Shown here: piece after piece, positions 40,757-50,393 of the stretch | Layout: each line of letters begins with the position of its first letter | Position numbering within the stretch: the stretch's first letter is position 1 | Assembly (NCBI GenBank): GCA_031181145.1 | Contig: JAPSLB010000001.1 | Coordinates: 23,775-87,774, forward strand | DNA length: 64,000 bases | Direction: 5' to 3' | From: Microvirga sp. | GTDB taxonomy: Bacteria; Pseudomonadota; Alphaproteobacteria; Rhizobiales; Beijerinckiaceae | Made by a program: the position numbers and the translations under genes | The notes under the pieces: model-generated | Database searches by the model: none | The model's input: the letters and a program-made list of their open reading frames with translations, nothing else | What the model was told of the DNA's origin: nothing

Positions 40757-42073
40757 ATGTTCGCCGATATGAATCTTGTCACCGTCGCCGCTCTGCTCCT
40801 GGGCCTTCTCATCTTTCTGCTCGCGCTGGGAAACTGGATCGGCATTGCGCTGCTGATCGTGGGCTTCGCCGCCGTCACCATCAGCGCTTCCGTGCCCATC
40901 GGATCCGTCCTGGCCACGACAGTCTGGGCCAGCTCCGCCTCCTGGACGCTGGCCGCCCTGCCGCTCTTCATCTGGATGGGCGAGATCCTGTTCCGAACAC
41001 GCCTGTCGGAGCAGATGTTCCTTGGCCTTGCGCCTTGGCTCAACTGGCTTCCGGGGCGATTGCTGCACGTGAACGTGGTCGGCTCAGGAATATTCGCTGC
41101 GGTATCGGGCTCATCCGCCGCCACATGTGCGACTGTCGGCAAGATCGCCCTGCCGGAACTGAGGAAACGCGGGTACAGCGAGCATATGAGCCTGGGCAGT
41201 CTCGCAGGCTCCAGCACGCTCGGCCTGCTCATTCCTCCCTCGATCCCTCTCGTGGTCTATGCCGTAGCGGCGAACGTCTCCGTCATTCAGGTCTTCCTGG
41301 CGGGCTTTCTTCCCGGGCTCCTCGTGATGGCGCTGTATTCCAGCTACATCGTGGTCTGGTCTCTTCTCAACCCGGGTAAATCCCCCTTGCCCGAGCCGAG
41401 AACGAGCTTCATGTTCAAGTTGAGGCAGTCATCCAAACTTCTACCGGTGCTGCTCCTTGTGCTGGGGATCTTCTCGGCACTGATCTTCGGCTTGGCGACG
41501 GCGACTGAATGCGCCGCCTGGGGCGTGACGGGCGCCCTTATCCTGGCCTGGTGGTCGGGTACGCTGACCTGGAAGACGTTCATGGAAAGCCTGATGAGCG
41601 CAGCCCGGCTTTCAGCAACCATCATGCTGATCCTGGCCGGCGCCGCATTCACGACCGCCGCGATGGCGTACACGGGCATTCCGGCAGCGCTCGCCGCCTG
41701 GGTAGAGTCACTTCACCTGTCGCCCTACGTGCTGATCGCAGCGCTTGCCGTCATGTACGTAATCCTGGGATGCCTGATCGACGGCATTTCGATGATCGTG
41801 CTCACCACCGTCGTGGTGCTGCCCATGGTGAAGCAGGCGGGTTTCGATCTCGTCTGGTTTGGGATCTTCCTTGTTATCCTGGTGGAGATGGCGCAGATTA
41901 CGCCGCCTGTCGGATTCAATCTCTTTGTTCTGCAAAACATGAGCGGACGTGACAGTTTGGTAGTGGCGAAGGCATCCTTGCCATTCTTCTTGCTGCTTGT
42001 GGCAGCTGTGGCCATTATCACAATTTTCCCGGATATCGCGTTGTACCTGCCAAGGCTCGCATTCCCGGAATAG
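40757..42073 (+). CDS. TRAP transporter large permease (DctM family)
   Basis: ALPLFIWMGE, SGSSAAT, LGLLIPPSI and ITPPVGFNLFV. Confidence 0.94.
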   Translation: MFADMNLVTVAALLLGLLIFLLALGNWIGIALLIVGFAAVTISASVPIGSVLATTVWASSASWTLAALPLFIWMGEILFRTRLSEQMFLGLAPWLNWLPGRLLHVNVVGSGIFAAVSGSSAATCATVGKIALPELRKRGYSEHMSLGSLAGSSTLGLLIPPSIPLVVYAVAANVSVIQVFLAGFLPGLLVMALYSSYIVVWSLLNPGKSPLPEPRTSFMFKLRQSSKLLPVLLLVLGIFSALIFGLATATECAAWGVTGALILAWWSGTLTWKTFMESLMSAARLSATIMLILAGAAFTTAAMAYTGIPAALAAWVESLHLSPYVLIAALAVMYVILGCLIDGISMIVLTTVVVLPMVKQAGFDLVWFGIFLVILVEMAQITPPVGFNLFVLQNMSGRDSLVVAKASLPFFLLLVAAVAIITIFPDIALYLPRLAFPE

Positions 42074-42104
42074 AATCCATCGAAAACCGGAGGGAGAAGT
42101 ATCG

Positions 42105-43082
42105 ATGAAGTATATGGCTCGAGTTAGCCTCGGACTTGCGGGTGCCTTGCTTTTGGGTGCCACGGCGCAGGCGCAGACAAAGTGGAATTTGCCCGCGGCT
42201 TATCCGATCGACAACTATCACACCGAGAACCTGAACCAATTCGCCAAGGATGTTTCGGAGGCCACCGGCGGAAAGCTGCAGATCACCGTGCATCCGAACG
42301 CCTCGCTGTTCAAAGCGCCCGAAATCAAGCGCGCCGTGGCGACGGGCCAAGCGCAGATCGGCGAGGTGCTGATGTCGATCCACGAGAACGAGGACCCCCT
42401 GTTCGGAATCGATATCATTCCCTTCGTCGCGACGAGCTTTGACGCTTCGGTAAAGCTGTGGAATGCGGCCAAGCCGCAGCTCGAGAAGAAGCTGGAAAGC
42501 CAGCGTGTGAAGCTGCTCTATTCGGTCCCGTGGGGGCCGCAGGGGCTCTACTCCTCGAAGGAGCTGAAGTCGGTAGAGGATATGAAAGGCCTCAAGTTCC
42601 GGGCATACAACGTCGGAACCGCACGCATCGGTGAGGCCGTGGGCGCTCAACCGGTGACCGTCCAGGCGGCGGAGCTGCCCCAGGCTCTTGCAACAGGCGT
42701 GGTCAATTCCTGGATGTCATCCGGCTCCACCGGCTACGACTCGAAGGTCTGGGAATCCCAAAAGTACTTCTATGACGTTCAGGCCTGGCTGCCGCGCAAC
42801 ATCGTGATGGTCAACAAGGCCGCCTTCGATGCGCTCGACAAGGACACTCAGGAGGCCGTGCTGAAGGCGGCTGCCGCCGCGGAAGAGCGTGGCCTGAAGA
42901 TCGCGAAGGAAAAGTCCACCTGGTATCTCGAGCAGTTCAAGGACAAGGGCATGGTCGTGTCGCCGCCGTCCCCGGAACTCGAAGCCGGTCTCAAGAAAAT
43001 CGGCGAGCAGCTCGCGGCGGATTGGGTCAAAAGAGCCGGCCCCGACGGCGAGGCCGTCATGAATGACTACAAGAAGATGTAA
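42105..43082 (+). CDS. TRAP transporter substrate-binding protein (DctP family)
   Basis: Signal peptide, DMKGLKFR and ELPQALATGVV motifs. Confidence 0.92.
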   Translation: MKYMARVSLGLAGALLLGATAQAQTKWNLPAAYPIDNYHTENLNQFAKDVSEATGGKLQITVHPNASLFKAPEIKRAVATGQAQIGEVLMSIHENEDPLFGIDIIPFVATSFDASVKLWNAAKPQLEKKLESQRVKLLYSVPWGPQGLYSSKELKSVEDMKGLKFRAYNVGTARIGEAVGAQPVTVQAAELPQALATGVVNSWMSSGSTGYDSKVWESQKYFYDVQAWLPRNIVMVNKAAFDALDKDTQEAVLKAAAAAEERGLKIAKEKSTWYLEQFKDKGMVVSPPSPELEAGLKKIGEQLAADWVKRAGPDGEAVMNDYKKM

Positions 43083-43101
43083 TCGTCTGAACCGAAACCA
43101 G

Positions 43102-43131
43102 CATGGAGGGGAGCCGCGTCTCCCCTCCATG
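43102..43131 (+). terminator. Strong hairpin after the dctP-like gene (terminator or mRNA stabiliser)
   Basis: 12-bp stem catggaggggag-ccgcgt-ctcccctccatg, with no U tract. Confidence 0.5.
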
Positions 43132-43331
43132 GCCGCATGAGGGACTTCGCGCAGATCGGGCAGGCGGCCTCCGGGCCGGGTTGCCGCCCTTGGGGCACCA
43201 TGGAATGCCGATATCGTGGAAACGTCATCAAGTCATTCTTGCCGGCCGATCCTTGTCCTGTGCAGGGAAGTGAAGGAAAAGCCTGTGGGTGCCCATGACC
43301 GGTCAGCGGTCTCATCCCTCTCGGTGCGCTA

Positions 43332-44084
43332 ATGATGCGAAGAATGGCAAAGGGCGGTCGCGCCATTTACGGAGAGGCGATCGGCGTCCTCGTGCTTGAT
43401 ACCTCGTTCCCTCGTATCCCAGGCGACATCGCCAACGCCACGACGTTCGATTTCCCTGTCCGGTACCACGTCATCGACGCTGCGACTCCCGAGAAGGTCG
43501 TATCCGAGGCCGACCGTGCACGCGCCCTTCTTCCTGCCTTTGTCGAGGGGGCAAGATTGCTGGAGAAGCAGGGAGTGCGGGCCATAACGACGACGTGCGG
43601 CTTTCTCACGGTCATGCAGAAGGAAATCGCGGCCGCGGTCAGCGTTCCTGTCGTGACCTCGAGCCTGTTCTTGATCCCTCTGTTACGCTCGATGTTTGCC
43701 GCCGAGCGGTCGATCGGCGTGTTGACCGCCCACTCCGGAAGGTTGTCCCCGGAACACCTGGTTGCCGCCGGCGTGCAGCCGGACTGGGCCGTCCATGTGC
43801 GGGGGCTGGAGGAAAGCCCCGCATTCAGAAGCGCCATCTTCGGCAAAGGCGGGGATCGCATCGAGATGGATGTCGATGAAGTGGAGGCGGAGGTCGTCTC
43901 CGCTTGCCGCAAGCTGACCGGGGATTTCCCGAATACCGCGTGCATCGTCTTCGAGTGCACCAACCTGCAGCCATACGCAGCCGCGGTCCAGGCGGATATC
44001 GGTCTGCCGATCTTCGGCATCTACCATCTGGTCAATTTGCTTCAGAGCGGGATCGTCAGCCCAAGATTCTCGGGCTACATGTGA
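43332..44084 (+). CDS. Aspartate/glutamate racemase superfamily protein
   Basis: FPRIPGD, AITTTCGF and FECTNL, giving two candidate catalytic Cys residues. Confidence 0.8.
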   Translation: MMRRMAKGGRAIYGEAIGVLVLDTSFPRIPGDIANATTFDFPVRYHVIDAATPEKVVSEADRARALLPAFVEGARLLEKQGVRAITTTCGFLTVMQKEIAAAVSVPVVTSSLFLIPLLRSMFAAERSIGVLTAHSGRLSPEHLVAAGVQPDWAVHVRGLEESPAFRSAIFGKGGDRIEMDVDEVEAEVVSACRKLTGDFPNTACIVFECTNLQPYAAAVQADIGLPIFGIYHLVNLLQSGIVSPRFSGYM

Positions 44085-44226
44085 CATGACGAACTCAAAG
44101 CAGCGTCGTCCGTTCTTTCGGCAAGACTTTCAGCAAGACTTGCGCCTTCGTGGCGGCGCCGGCGGATTCCGGCTGGCCGGCGCGGCTCTCCATCCATGAA
44201 TTCCTTACGCTCATTCGGTTATTCCC

Positions 44227-45498
44227 ATGACCTTGCATGTCGTTGTCATAGGAGCAGGCATCGTCGGAGCCGCGACTGCCGTCCATCTCCTGCGCGAAGG
44301 CCACAAGGTGACCATCCTCGAACCTGACGAGCCGGGACGGGAGCAGGCGGCGAGCTACGGCAACGGCGCATGGATCAGCCCCGCATCCGTGGTTCCGATG
44401 TCGACGCCGGGCCTGTGGAAGAAGGTGCCGGGCTATCTGCTCGACTCCCTTGGACCACTGACAATCCGGTTGTCCGCATTGCCGAGACTGGCTCCTTGGC
44501 TGGTGCGCTTTCTCCATGCGGGGGCAGCGGTTCGCAGGGTAGAGGCGACCGCGCGTGCCTTATCCGCCCTTCTGGAAGATGCTCCGTCCCGGCATGCGGC
44601 GCTCGCAGCCGAAGCCGGGGTTCCCGAACTGATCAAGCAAAGCGGGTTGCTGTACGTCTATCCGGATCGAGCCGCATTCGAGGCCGAGGCCCTGTCGTGG
44701 CGGCTGAGGCGAGATAACGGAGTGCAGTGGGTCGAGTTGGACGCGGACGAACTGCATCGGAGGGAGCCTGCGCTCCATCGGCGATACAGGTTCGGGGCCT
44801 TGGTGGAAGCCGGATCTCATTGCATCGATCCGGGAGGCTATGTCGCATCCCTCGTACGTTACGCTCAAGGCAAGGGGGCAGCCATCGTTCGGGCAAGGGC
44901 GACGGGGTTCGCGATCGACGCCGGCCGCCTGCGAGCCGTGCGAACGGATTCGGGCGTGATTGAGTGCGACCGTGCCGTCGTATCCGCGGGGATTCACTCG
45001 AAAGCCCTTGCTCGGGCCGCGGGCGACCGGGTGTGCCTCGAAAGCGAGCGCGGCTACCATGTCATCATCTCCGATCCCGAGGCCGCCCCGCGCGTTCCCG
45101 TGATGCCAAGCGATGGGAAAATGGCCAACACCCTGACGATACAGGGCCTGCGCGTCTCCGGGCAGGTGGAGCTGGCGAGCCTGGATGCTGCGCCGAACTG
45201 GAAACGTGCGGCCGTTCTTCTGAATCATGCCCGCCGCACATATCCAGGACTTCCCAGCCACATCCCGGAGGAGCGGATTTCCCGCTGGATGGGCCATCGG
45301 CCATCGACGCCGGACGGGCTGCCCGTGATCGGCCCGGCCTCGACTTCCCGTGACATCATCTATGCGTTCGGCCACGGACATGTCGGACTTGCATCGGGGC
45401 CTGCCACGGCAAGCGCCGTTGCCGACATGCTCGCGGGGCGTCAATCCTCCCTGCCATTAGCCGCCTATGCACCCGCACGGTTTCGAACCTGGCCATGA
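44227..45498 (+). CDS. FAD-dependent D-amino acid dehydrogenase (DadA family)
   Basis: GAGIVG, ASYGNG, ERGYH, WMGHRPSTPDGLPVIG and FGHGHVG. Confidence 0.88.
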   Translation: MTLHVVVIGAGIVGAATAVHLLREGHKVTILEPDEPGREQAASYGNGAWISPASVVPMSTPGLWKKVPGYLLDSLGPLTIRLSALPRLAPWLVRFLHAGAAVRRVEATARALSALLEDAPSRHAALAAEAGVPELIKQSGLLYVYPDRAAFEAEALSWRLRRDNGVQWVELDADELHRREPALHRRYRFGALVEAGSHCIDPGGYVASLVRYAQGKGAAIVRARATGFAIDAGRLRAVRTDSGVIECDRAVVSAGIHSKALARAAGDRVCLESERGYHVIISDPEAAPRVPVMPSDGKMANTLTIQGLRVSGQVELASLDAAPNWKRAAVLLNHARRTYPGLPSHIPEERISRWMGHRPSTPDGLPVIGPASTSRDIIYAFGHGHVGLASGPATASAVADMLAGRQSSLPLAAYAPARFRTWP

Positions 45499-45706
45499 GC
45501 GCGGGCCACCCCACGGCGTGCTGGGCGAGAACGGCTCGATGACCCCATTGAGGCTGATCCCGGCGGGGGCGTGGCGAGATACACGACATCGCCCAGATCC
45601 CGGTCGACGAGGTGACGGACAAGATCGCCCGCCCGACCTGCCTCAAATGCTGAGCTTAAGGAGATGGCTTACCCGGTTCCACGCTGGTCCGAGCGGATCG
45701 GCGCCG

Positions 45707-46132
45707 TCAGGCGGCCGGATTGAACAGCCGTTTCCAACCCCGCTTCTGAGGCTCCGATTGGATTTCGGCCTCAACCTCAAGATCCAGGCTAAGTTCCTCG
45801 ATGATCTCCTCATTCTGCGCCTTGGCCACGGGATTTGGCTCAACGCCGGTCACAGCGTCAATCACCGGCTCTGCTGCGGGCGGACCGGCGGGCTCCAAGA
45901 GTTCGATCCGACCTTCGAAATCGTCTTCCTTCACGTAGGCGATAATGTAAGGCAGGCTCCGAGGGGTTGTGATCTCATGTCCCAGGACGACCTCTCGCGT
46001 CGTTTGGAGAGAGAAGCCGGGCCCCCGGAAAGTATTGATTTGGTCGCGATCAATGATGCCTTCAACGAAACTTTGTGTGGTCTTGGGTGGATAAAAATAC
46101 ACTCGCACCTTATCGCCAACCGACAAATTCAT
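45707..46132 (-). CDS. Hypothetical protein
   Basis: ORF with an RBS-like AAAGG, a beta-rich N-terminus, an acidic linker and a basic/aromatic C-terminal tail. Confidence 0.55.
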   Translation of the reverse strand: MNLSVGDKVRVYFYPPKTTQSFVEGIIDRDQINTFRGPGFSLQTTREVVLGHEITTPRSLPYIIAYVKEDDFEGRIELLEPAGPPAAEPVIDAVTGVEPNPVAKAQNEEIIEELSLDLEVEAEIQSEPQKRGWKRLFNPAA

Positions 46133-46378
46133 CGACTTACCTTTTCTATTCATTAGGCAGACAAAATTCGTAGGGTGAACAGCCTACCGGTAAATCGTAC
46201 TTTTGTTGGGCAAACCCGGCGGTGAAGTCGAGCGGCAGGAGCGGAGCGGCGGACTATGCAGGCCGGGTTCACCGGTTGCATAGGATCCGCGAAGGACGGT
46301 TGAAGTGTGTCCGGGAGGATCGGCTATCCCCAGGCGGGCAGTTTGAACGGCCGGGCCGAAGGCTGCTCGACCAAACGG

Positions 46379-47191
46379 TCACGCGGGTCCCGTGCCAAGG
46401 CTTCGGGTAGGGTAGCGCAGTGTCGGGTCGAAAGGATTGAGTTGTCGACCAATCCCGTCCGCTTCCTTCTGCAGCAATTCGACTACGAGCGGCAAACGAT
46501 CCCCCTCCAATCGCTCCGACAAGGTCCCGATGCTCAACGCGGCCACGGCACGCCCCTCCGCATCGAGAATGGGAACGCCTACACCGGCCATTCCGGGAAT
46601 CAGACCAGTGTTGAGGCTGGCAAATCCTGTTTTACGGACATTCTCGATCTGCATTCGCAATCCTACCTCGTCGAAGCTCCCTCGATCGAGAAGACGCGGC
46701 ACATTGAAGCGTATGATCGTCTCACGCTCTTCCGCGGGCAGATAGGACAGAATGGCCAGACTGCCCTGCCCGATCCCGAGCGGCACCTTGCCGCCAATAT
46801 CGCCCGTGAAGGTCCTGATCGGGAACGGCCCTTCCACCCGATCCAGGCAGACCGCGTCAAAACCGTTGCGGACCAGAAGAAAGACGCTGTCGCTCAAGGT
46901 AGAGGACAGGCGCAGAAGCGCTGGCCGAGCCGTGCCGCGCAGACTACCTGAATGCGCGGCACGCGCCGCCAGTACGAAAAAGTCAAGAGCGAGCCGATAC
47001 CTGCGGCTTGTTTCGACCTGCTCGACGAAGCCTTCCGCCATCAAGGCTTTCAAGGCCCGATGGGCACTGGGCTGACTGATCCCACTCGCGGCGGCGATGT
47101 CGGTGAGGCGCATGCCCTGGGGGTTTCCGCTCCCAAGAACCTTGAGAAGTCCCACTGCCCGTCTGATTCCGGATATGGCGTCTTCCGACAT
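46379..47191 (-). CDS. IclR family transcriptional regulator
   Basis: HTH (LTDIAAASGISQPSAHRAL) and effector domain (GSLAILS, GVGVPI, AALSI). Divergent from the ABC operon. Confidence 0.92.
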   Translation of the reverse strand: MSEDAISGIRRAVGLLKVLGSGNPQGMRLTDIAAASGISQPSAHRALKALMAEGFVEQVETSRRYRLALDFFVLAARAAHSGSLRGTARPALLRLSSTLSDSVFLLVRNGFDAVCLDRVEGPFPIRTFTGDIGGKVPLGIGQGSLAILSYLPAEERETIIRFNVPRLLDRGSFDEVGLRMQIENVRKTGFASLNTGLIPGMAGVGVPILDAEGRAVAALSIGTLSERLEGDRLPLVVELLQKEADGIGRQLNPFDPTLRYPTRSLGTGPA

Positions 47192-47252
47192 ATGAAACCT
47201 ACAATACAGAATTGGCTCTTCTCTTTCAAAGATCGAAAGAAATGTCAAAAAA

Positions 47253-47269
47253 ATTCCATCTGCTGAAAT
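47253..47269. promoter_or_regulatory. Candidate IclR operator
   Basis: Near-palindrome ATTCCA-TCTGC-TGAAAT in the divergent intergenic region. Confidence 0.4.
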
Positions 47270-47370
47270 CGACACGTTGACTTGCCCCTCTGACTTAGCC
47301 GTGATGCGGATCCGGGCATCGTGCTCATTCAGGCTGCGCGTCTGAGGCTTTGCAATGATCGGAGGAGTGT

Positions 47371-48423
47371 ATGGCGTTCCTGACGCTCGAACGGGTTTCC
47401 AAGGAATTCGGCACGTTCACAGCCGTACGCGATGTCAATCTGACAATCGACAAGGGCGAATTCGTTTCGCTCCTCGGTCCATCGGGCTGCGGAAAAACGA
47501 CGACTTTGCAAATGATCGCAGGGTTGGTTGAGCCGACGCAGGGGCGGATCTCGCTCGACGGTCACGATATCACCCATGAGAAACCCAATCGCCGCGGCCT
47601 GGGCGTCGTCTTCCAGAGCTATGCCCTCTTTCCTCACATGACCGTCGCGCAGAACGTGGCCTTCGGTCTCGAGATGCGGCGTGTTCCGCAGGCTGAGCGC
47701 ACCGAGCGCGTGCGCGAGGCGCTCTCGCTGGTGCAACTCTCCTCCTTTGCCGATCGCTATCCCCGTCAATTGTCGGGCGGACAAAGGCAGCGTGTCGCCA
47801 TCGCCCGCGCCCTCGTCATCGCACCGCCCGTCCTCCTGCTGGACGAGCCTCTCTCCAACCTCGACGCCAAGCTGCGGGAGGAGATGCAATTCGAGTTGCG
47901 CCGAATCCAGCGCAAGGTCGGCACGACGACCATCATGGTCACGCACGATCAGGCCGAAGCGCTCTCCATCAGTGATCGCGTCGTCGTGATGGAAGACGGG
48001 CGGATGACGCAGGTGGATGCTCCCTACCGCCTCTACGAGCAGCCCTCGAACACCTTCATTTCGTCCTTTGTCGGCAAGACCAATCTTCTTGCCGGCACCT
48101 GGCGCCGCAGCGGCGCGGAAATCGGAGGTGTCCTGCTGGAGGCGTCGGCACCGGAGATCGCTGCCGGGACGCCGGTCACGTTGTCGATCCGCCCCGAGAA
48201 GCTCCTGCTGCGCGACGCTGGCGCGGGCCGCCTCGACGGACGGGTCGCCAGCCGCTTCTTCCTCGGCAGCCAATGGCTCTTCACGGTCGAGACCTCTCTC
48301 GGGACCATGACGGTCACCATCCCCAACCAGGGCGAGGAGCCGCCTGCGGAAGGCTCTCCGGTCAGCCTCGACTGGTCCCCCGCGAACCTGCGCGTCATCG
48401 CGGACACCGCCGCAGCGGCCTGA
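47371..48423 (+). CDS. ABC transporter ATP-binding protein (PotA-like)
   Basis: GPSGCGKT, LSGGQRQR, LLLDEP and a TOBE-like tail. Confidence 0.95.
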   Translation: MAFLTLERVSKEFGTFTAVRDVNLTIDKGEFVSLLGPSGCGKTTTLQMIAGLVEPTQGRISLDGHDITHEKPNRRGLGVVFQSYALFPHMTVAQNVAFGLEMRRVPQAERTERVREALSLVQLSSFADRYPRQLSGGQRQRVAIARALVIAPPVLLLDEPLSNLDAKLREEMQFELRRIQRKVGTTTIMVTHDQAEALSISDRVVVMEDGRMTQVDAPYRLYEQPSNTFISSFVGKTNLLAGTWRRSGAEIGGVLLEASAPEIAAGTPVTLSIRPEKLLLRDAGAGRLDGRVASRFFLGSQWLFTVETSLGTMTVTIPNQGEEPPAEGSPVSLDWSPANLRVIADTAAAA

Positions 48424-48432
48424 GGGAAGAAG

Positions 48433-49293
48433 ATGACACCGCGCCCTTCCACCCTTTCCGCCCCTTGGCTGCTTGCCGGCCCCGGAGCCCTGTTCTTTAT
48501 CGGACTCGTGCTCCTGCCGCTGGCCCTGACCGTCATCCTGTCGTTTCACGCCTACGATCATTCCACCGGCATCCAGAACACCTTCACGCTGTCACACTAC
48601 GTCGCCGTCGTCACCGACGAGTATTATCTCGAAATCTTCTGGAGAACGCTGCGGATCGCGGCGCTGACCACGCTCATTTGCGCCGCGATCGGGGTTCCGG
48701 AAGCCTACATCCTGTCGCGCATGCGGGATCCGTGGCGCTCGATCTTCCTTCTCGTCATCATTGGCCCCTTGCTCGTTTCGGTCGTGGTCCGCACCTTCGG
48801 CTGGAGCATGCTGCTCGGATCGCAAGGTCTCGTGAACCAGGCCCTCCAACTTCTCGGATTACCCTCTGCCCGGATCCTCTATACCGAAACCGCCATCGTC
48901 ATCGCTCTCGTCCACGTGATGCTGCCGTTCATGGTGATCCCGGTGTGGACGGCGCTGCAGAAGCTGGACCCTATGGTCGAGGCTGCGGCCTGGACGCTCG
49001 GTGCCTCTCACTTCACGGCTCTGCGCCGGGTGGTCATGCCTCAGGTAACGCTGGGCATGCTCTCCGGCAGCCTCATCGTTTTCGGGTTGTCGGCCAGTGC
49101 TTTCGCCGTTCCGGCCCTGCTGGGCGGCCGCCGCCTCAAGATGGCGGCAACACTGGTCTATGACGAGTACCTGCAGGAGCTCAACTGGCCCCTCGGAGCC
49201 GCAATCGCGATCATCGTGCTTGTCGCGAACCTTTGCATCATGCTGGCCTACAACCGCATGGTCGAAGCCCGCGCACGCCGGACCCTCGGGTGA
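48433..49293 (+). CDS. ABC transporter permease (PotB-like)
   Basis: VVRTFGW motif and EAA loop EAAAWTLGA. Confidence 0.92.
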   Translation: MTPRPSTLSAPWLLAGPGALFFIGLVLLPLALTVILSFHAYDHSTGIQNTFTLSHYVAVVTDEYYLEIFWRTLRIAALTTLICAAIGVPEAYILSRMRDPWRSIFLLVIIGPLLVSVVVRTFGWSMLLGSQGLVNQALQLLGLPSARILYTETAIVIALVHVMLPFMVIPVWTALQKLDPMVEAAAWTLGASHFTALRRVVMPQVTLGMLSGSLIVFGLSASAFAVPALLGGRRLKMAATLVYDEYLQELNWPLGAAIAIIVLVANLCIMLAYNRMVEARARRTLG

Positions 49294-49297
49294 TACT

Positions 49298-50092
49298 ATG
49301 CAGAAGAACGGCCCCGTCGCTCTCATCTTTCACGTTCTCGTGCTGACTTTCGTTCTGGCGCCGCTCGTCATCATCTGCCTCGTCGCCTTCACGCCCGAGA
49401 ACACGCTCAGCCTGCCGACGACCGGCCTGTCACTGCGCTGGTTCGAGGCGGTCTTCGCGCATCCGGATTTCATGGCATCCTTCTGGAACAGCATCTGGCT
49501 GGCGACCTTCTCCGCAACCCTGGCTGTCGCGTTCGCCGTACCCGCGGGGCTCGCCATCAGCCGCTATACGTTCCCGGGCCGGGATTTCCTCAACGCGCTG
49601 TTCCTGTCGCCGCTGATCATCCCCCATCTCGTGCTCGGCGTCGCCTTTCTGCGTCTGTTCGCCCTCATCGGCGCCACGGGCAGCTTCGCATGGCTTGTCG
49701 CGACACACACCATCATCGTGACGCCTTATGTGCTCCGTCTCGTGCTCGCGGCCCTGTCCGGGCTCGACCGCAGCGCGGAGCAGGCCGCACGGACACTCGG
49801 GGCCGGGGAATGGACCACGTTTCGCCGCATCACCGCCCCCATGATCCTGCCTGGCATCACGGGCGGCTGGCTGCTTGCCTTCATCAACAGCTTCGACGAA
49901 CTGACGATGTCGATCTTCGTCACCTCGCCCGCAACCGTTACGCTGCCGGTTCGCATGTACATGTACGCGACGGAGTCCATCGACCCGATGATGGCGGCCG
50001 TCTCCGCCCTGATGATCGCCATCACGGCCGCCGCCATGCTGGTGCTGGACCGCGCCTTCGGGCTCGACCGTATCCTCGTCGGACAGCGCTGA
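49298..50092 (+). CDS. ABC transporter permease (PotC-like)
   Basis: SLRWF, EQAARTLGA, SFDE and TLPV motifs. Confidence 0.92.
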   Translation: MQKNGPVALIFHVLVLTFVLAPLVIICLVAFTPENTLSLPTTGLSLRWFEAVFAHPDFMASFWNSIWLATFSATLAVAFAVPAGLAISRYTFPGRDFLNALFLSPLIIPHLVLGVAFLRLFALIGATGSFAWLVATHTIIVTPYVLRLVLAALSGLDRSAEQAARTLGAGEWTTFRRITAPMILPGITGGWLLAFINSFDELTMSIFVTSPATVTLPVRMYMYATESIDPMMAAVSALMIAITAAAMLVLDRAFGLDRILVGQR

Positions 50093-50102
50093 GGAAGCGA
50101 AT

Positions 50103-50393
50103 ATGGCTCTTCTCAAGCGACTTGCGCGGCACAAGCTTCCCCCTGTCACCTTCACGCTGAACGGTAAGGCCTGCTCCGGTCGCGCAGGCGATACGGTTCT
50201 GACCGCCATTCTCGCTGAGACCGACCGGCTTCGTCTCAGCGACTTCTCACGCACCCCCCGGGCCGGCTTCTGCCAGATGGGCGCGTGCCAGGACTGTTGG
50301 GTTCTGGCAGGCGACGGCGAGCGCATCCGCGCCTGCAGCACGGCTCTCGAAGCGGGAATGAATCTTCGAACCATTGCGGAGCCAAGATCGTGA
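50103..50393 (+). CDS. 2Fe-2S subunit of an opine oxidase/HcnA-like complex
   Basis: GDTVLTA and FCQMGACQDC...RAC motifs. Confidence 0.85.
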   Translation: MALLKRLARHKLPPVTFTLNGKACSGRAGDTVLTAILAETDRLRLSDFSRTPRAGFCQMGACQDCWVLAGDGERIRACSTALEAGMNLRTIAEPRS

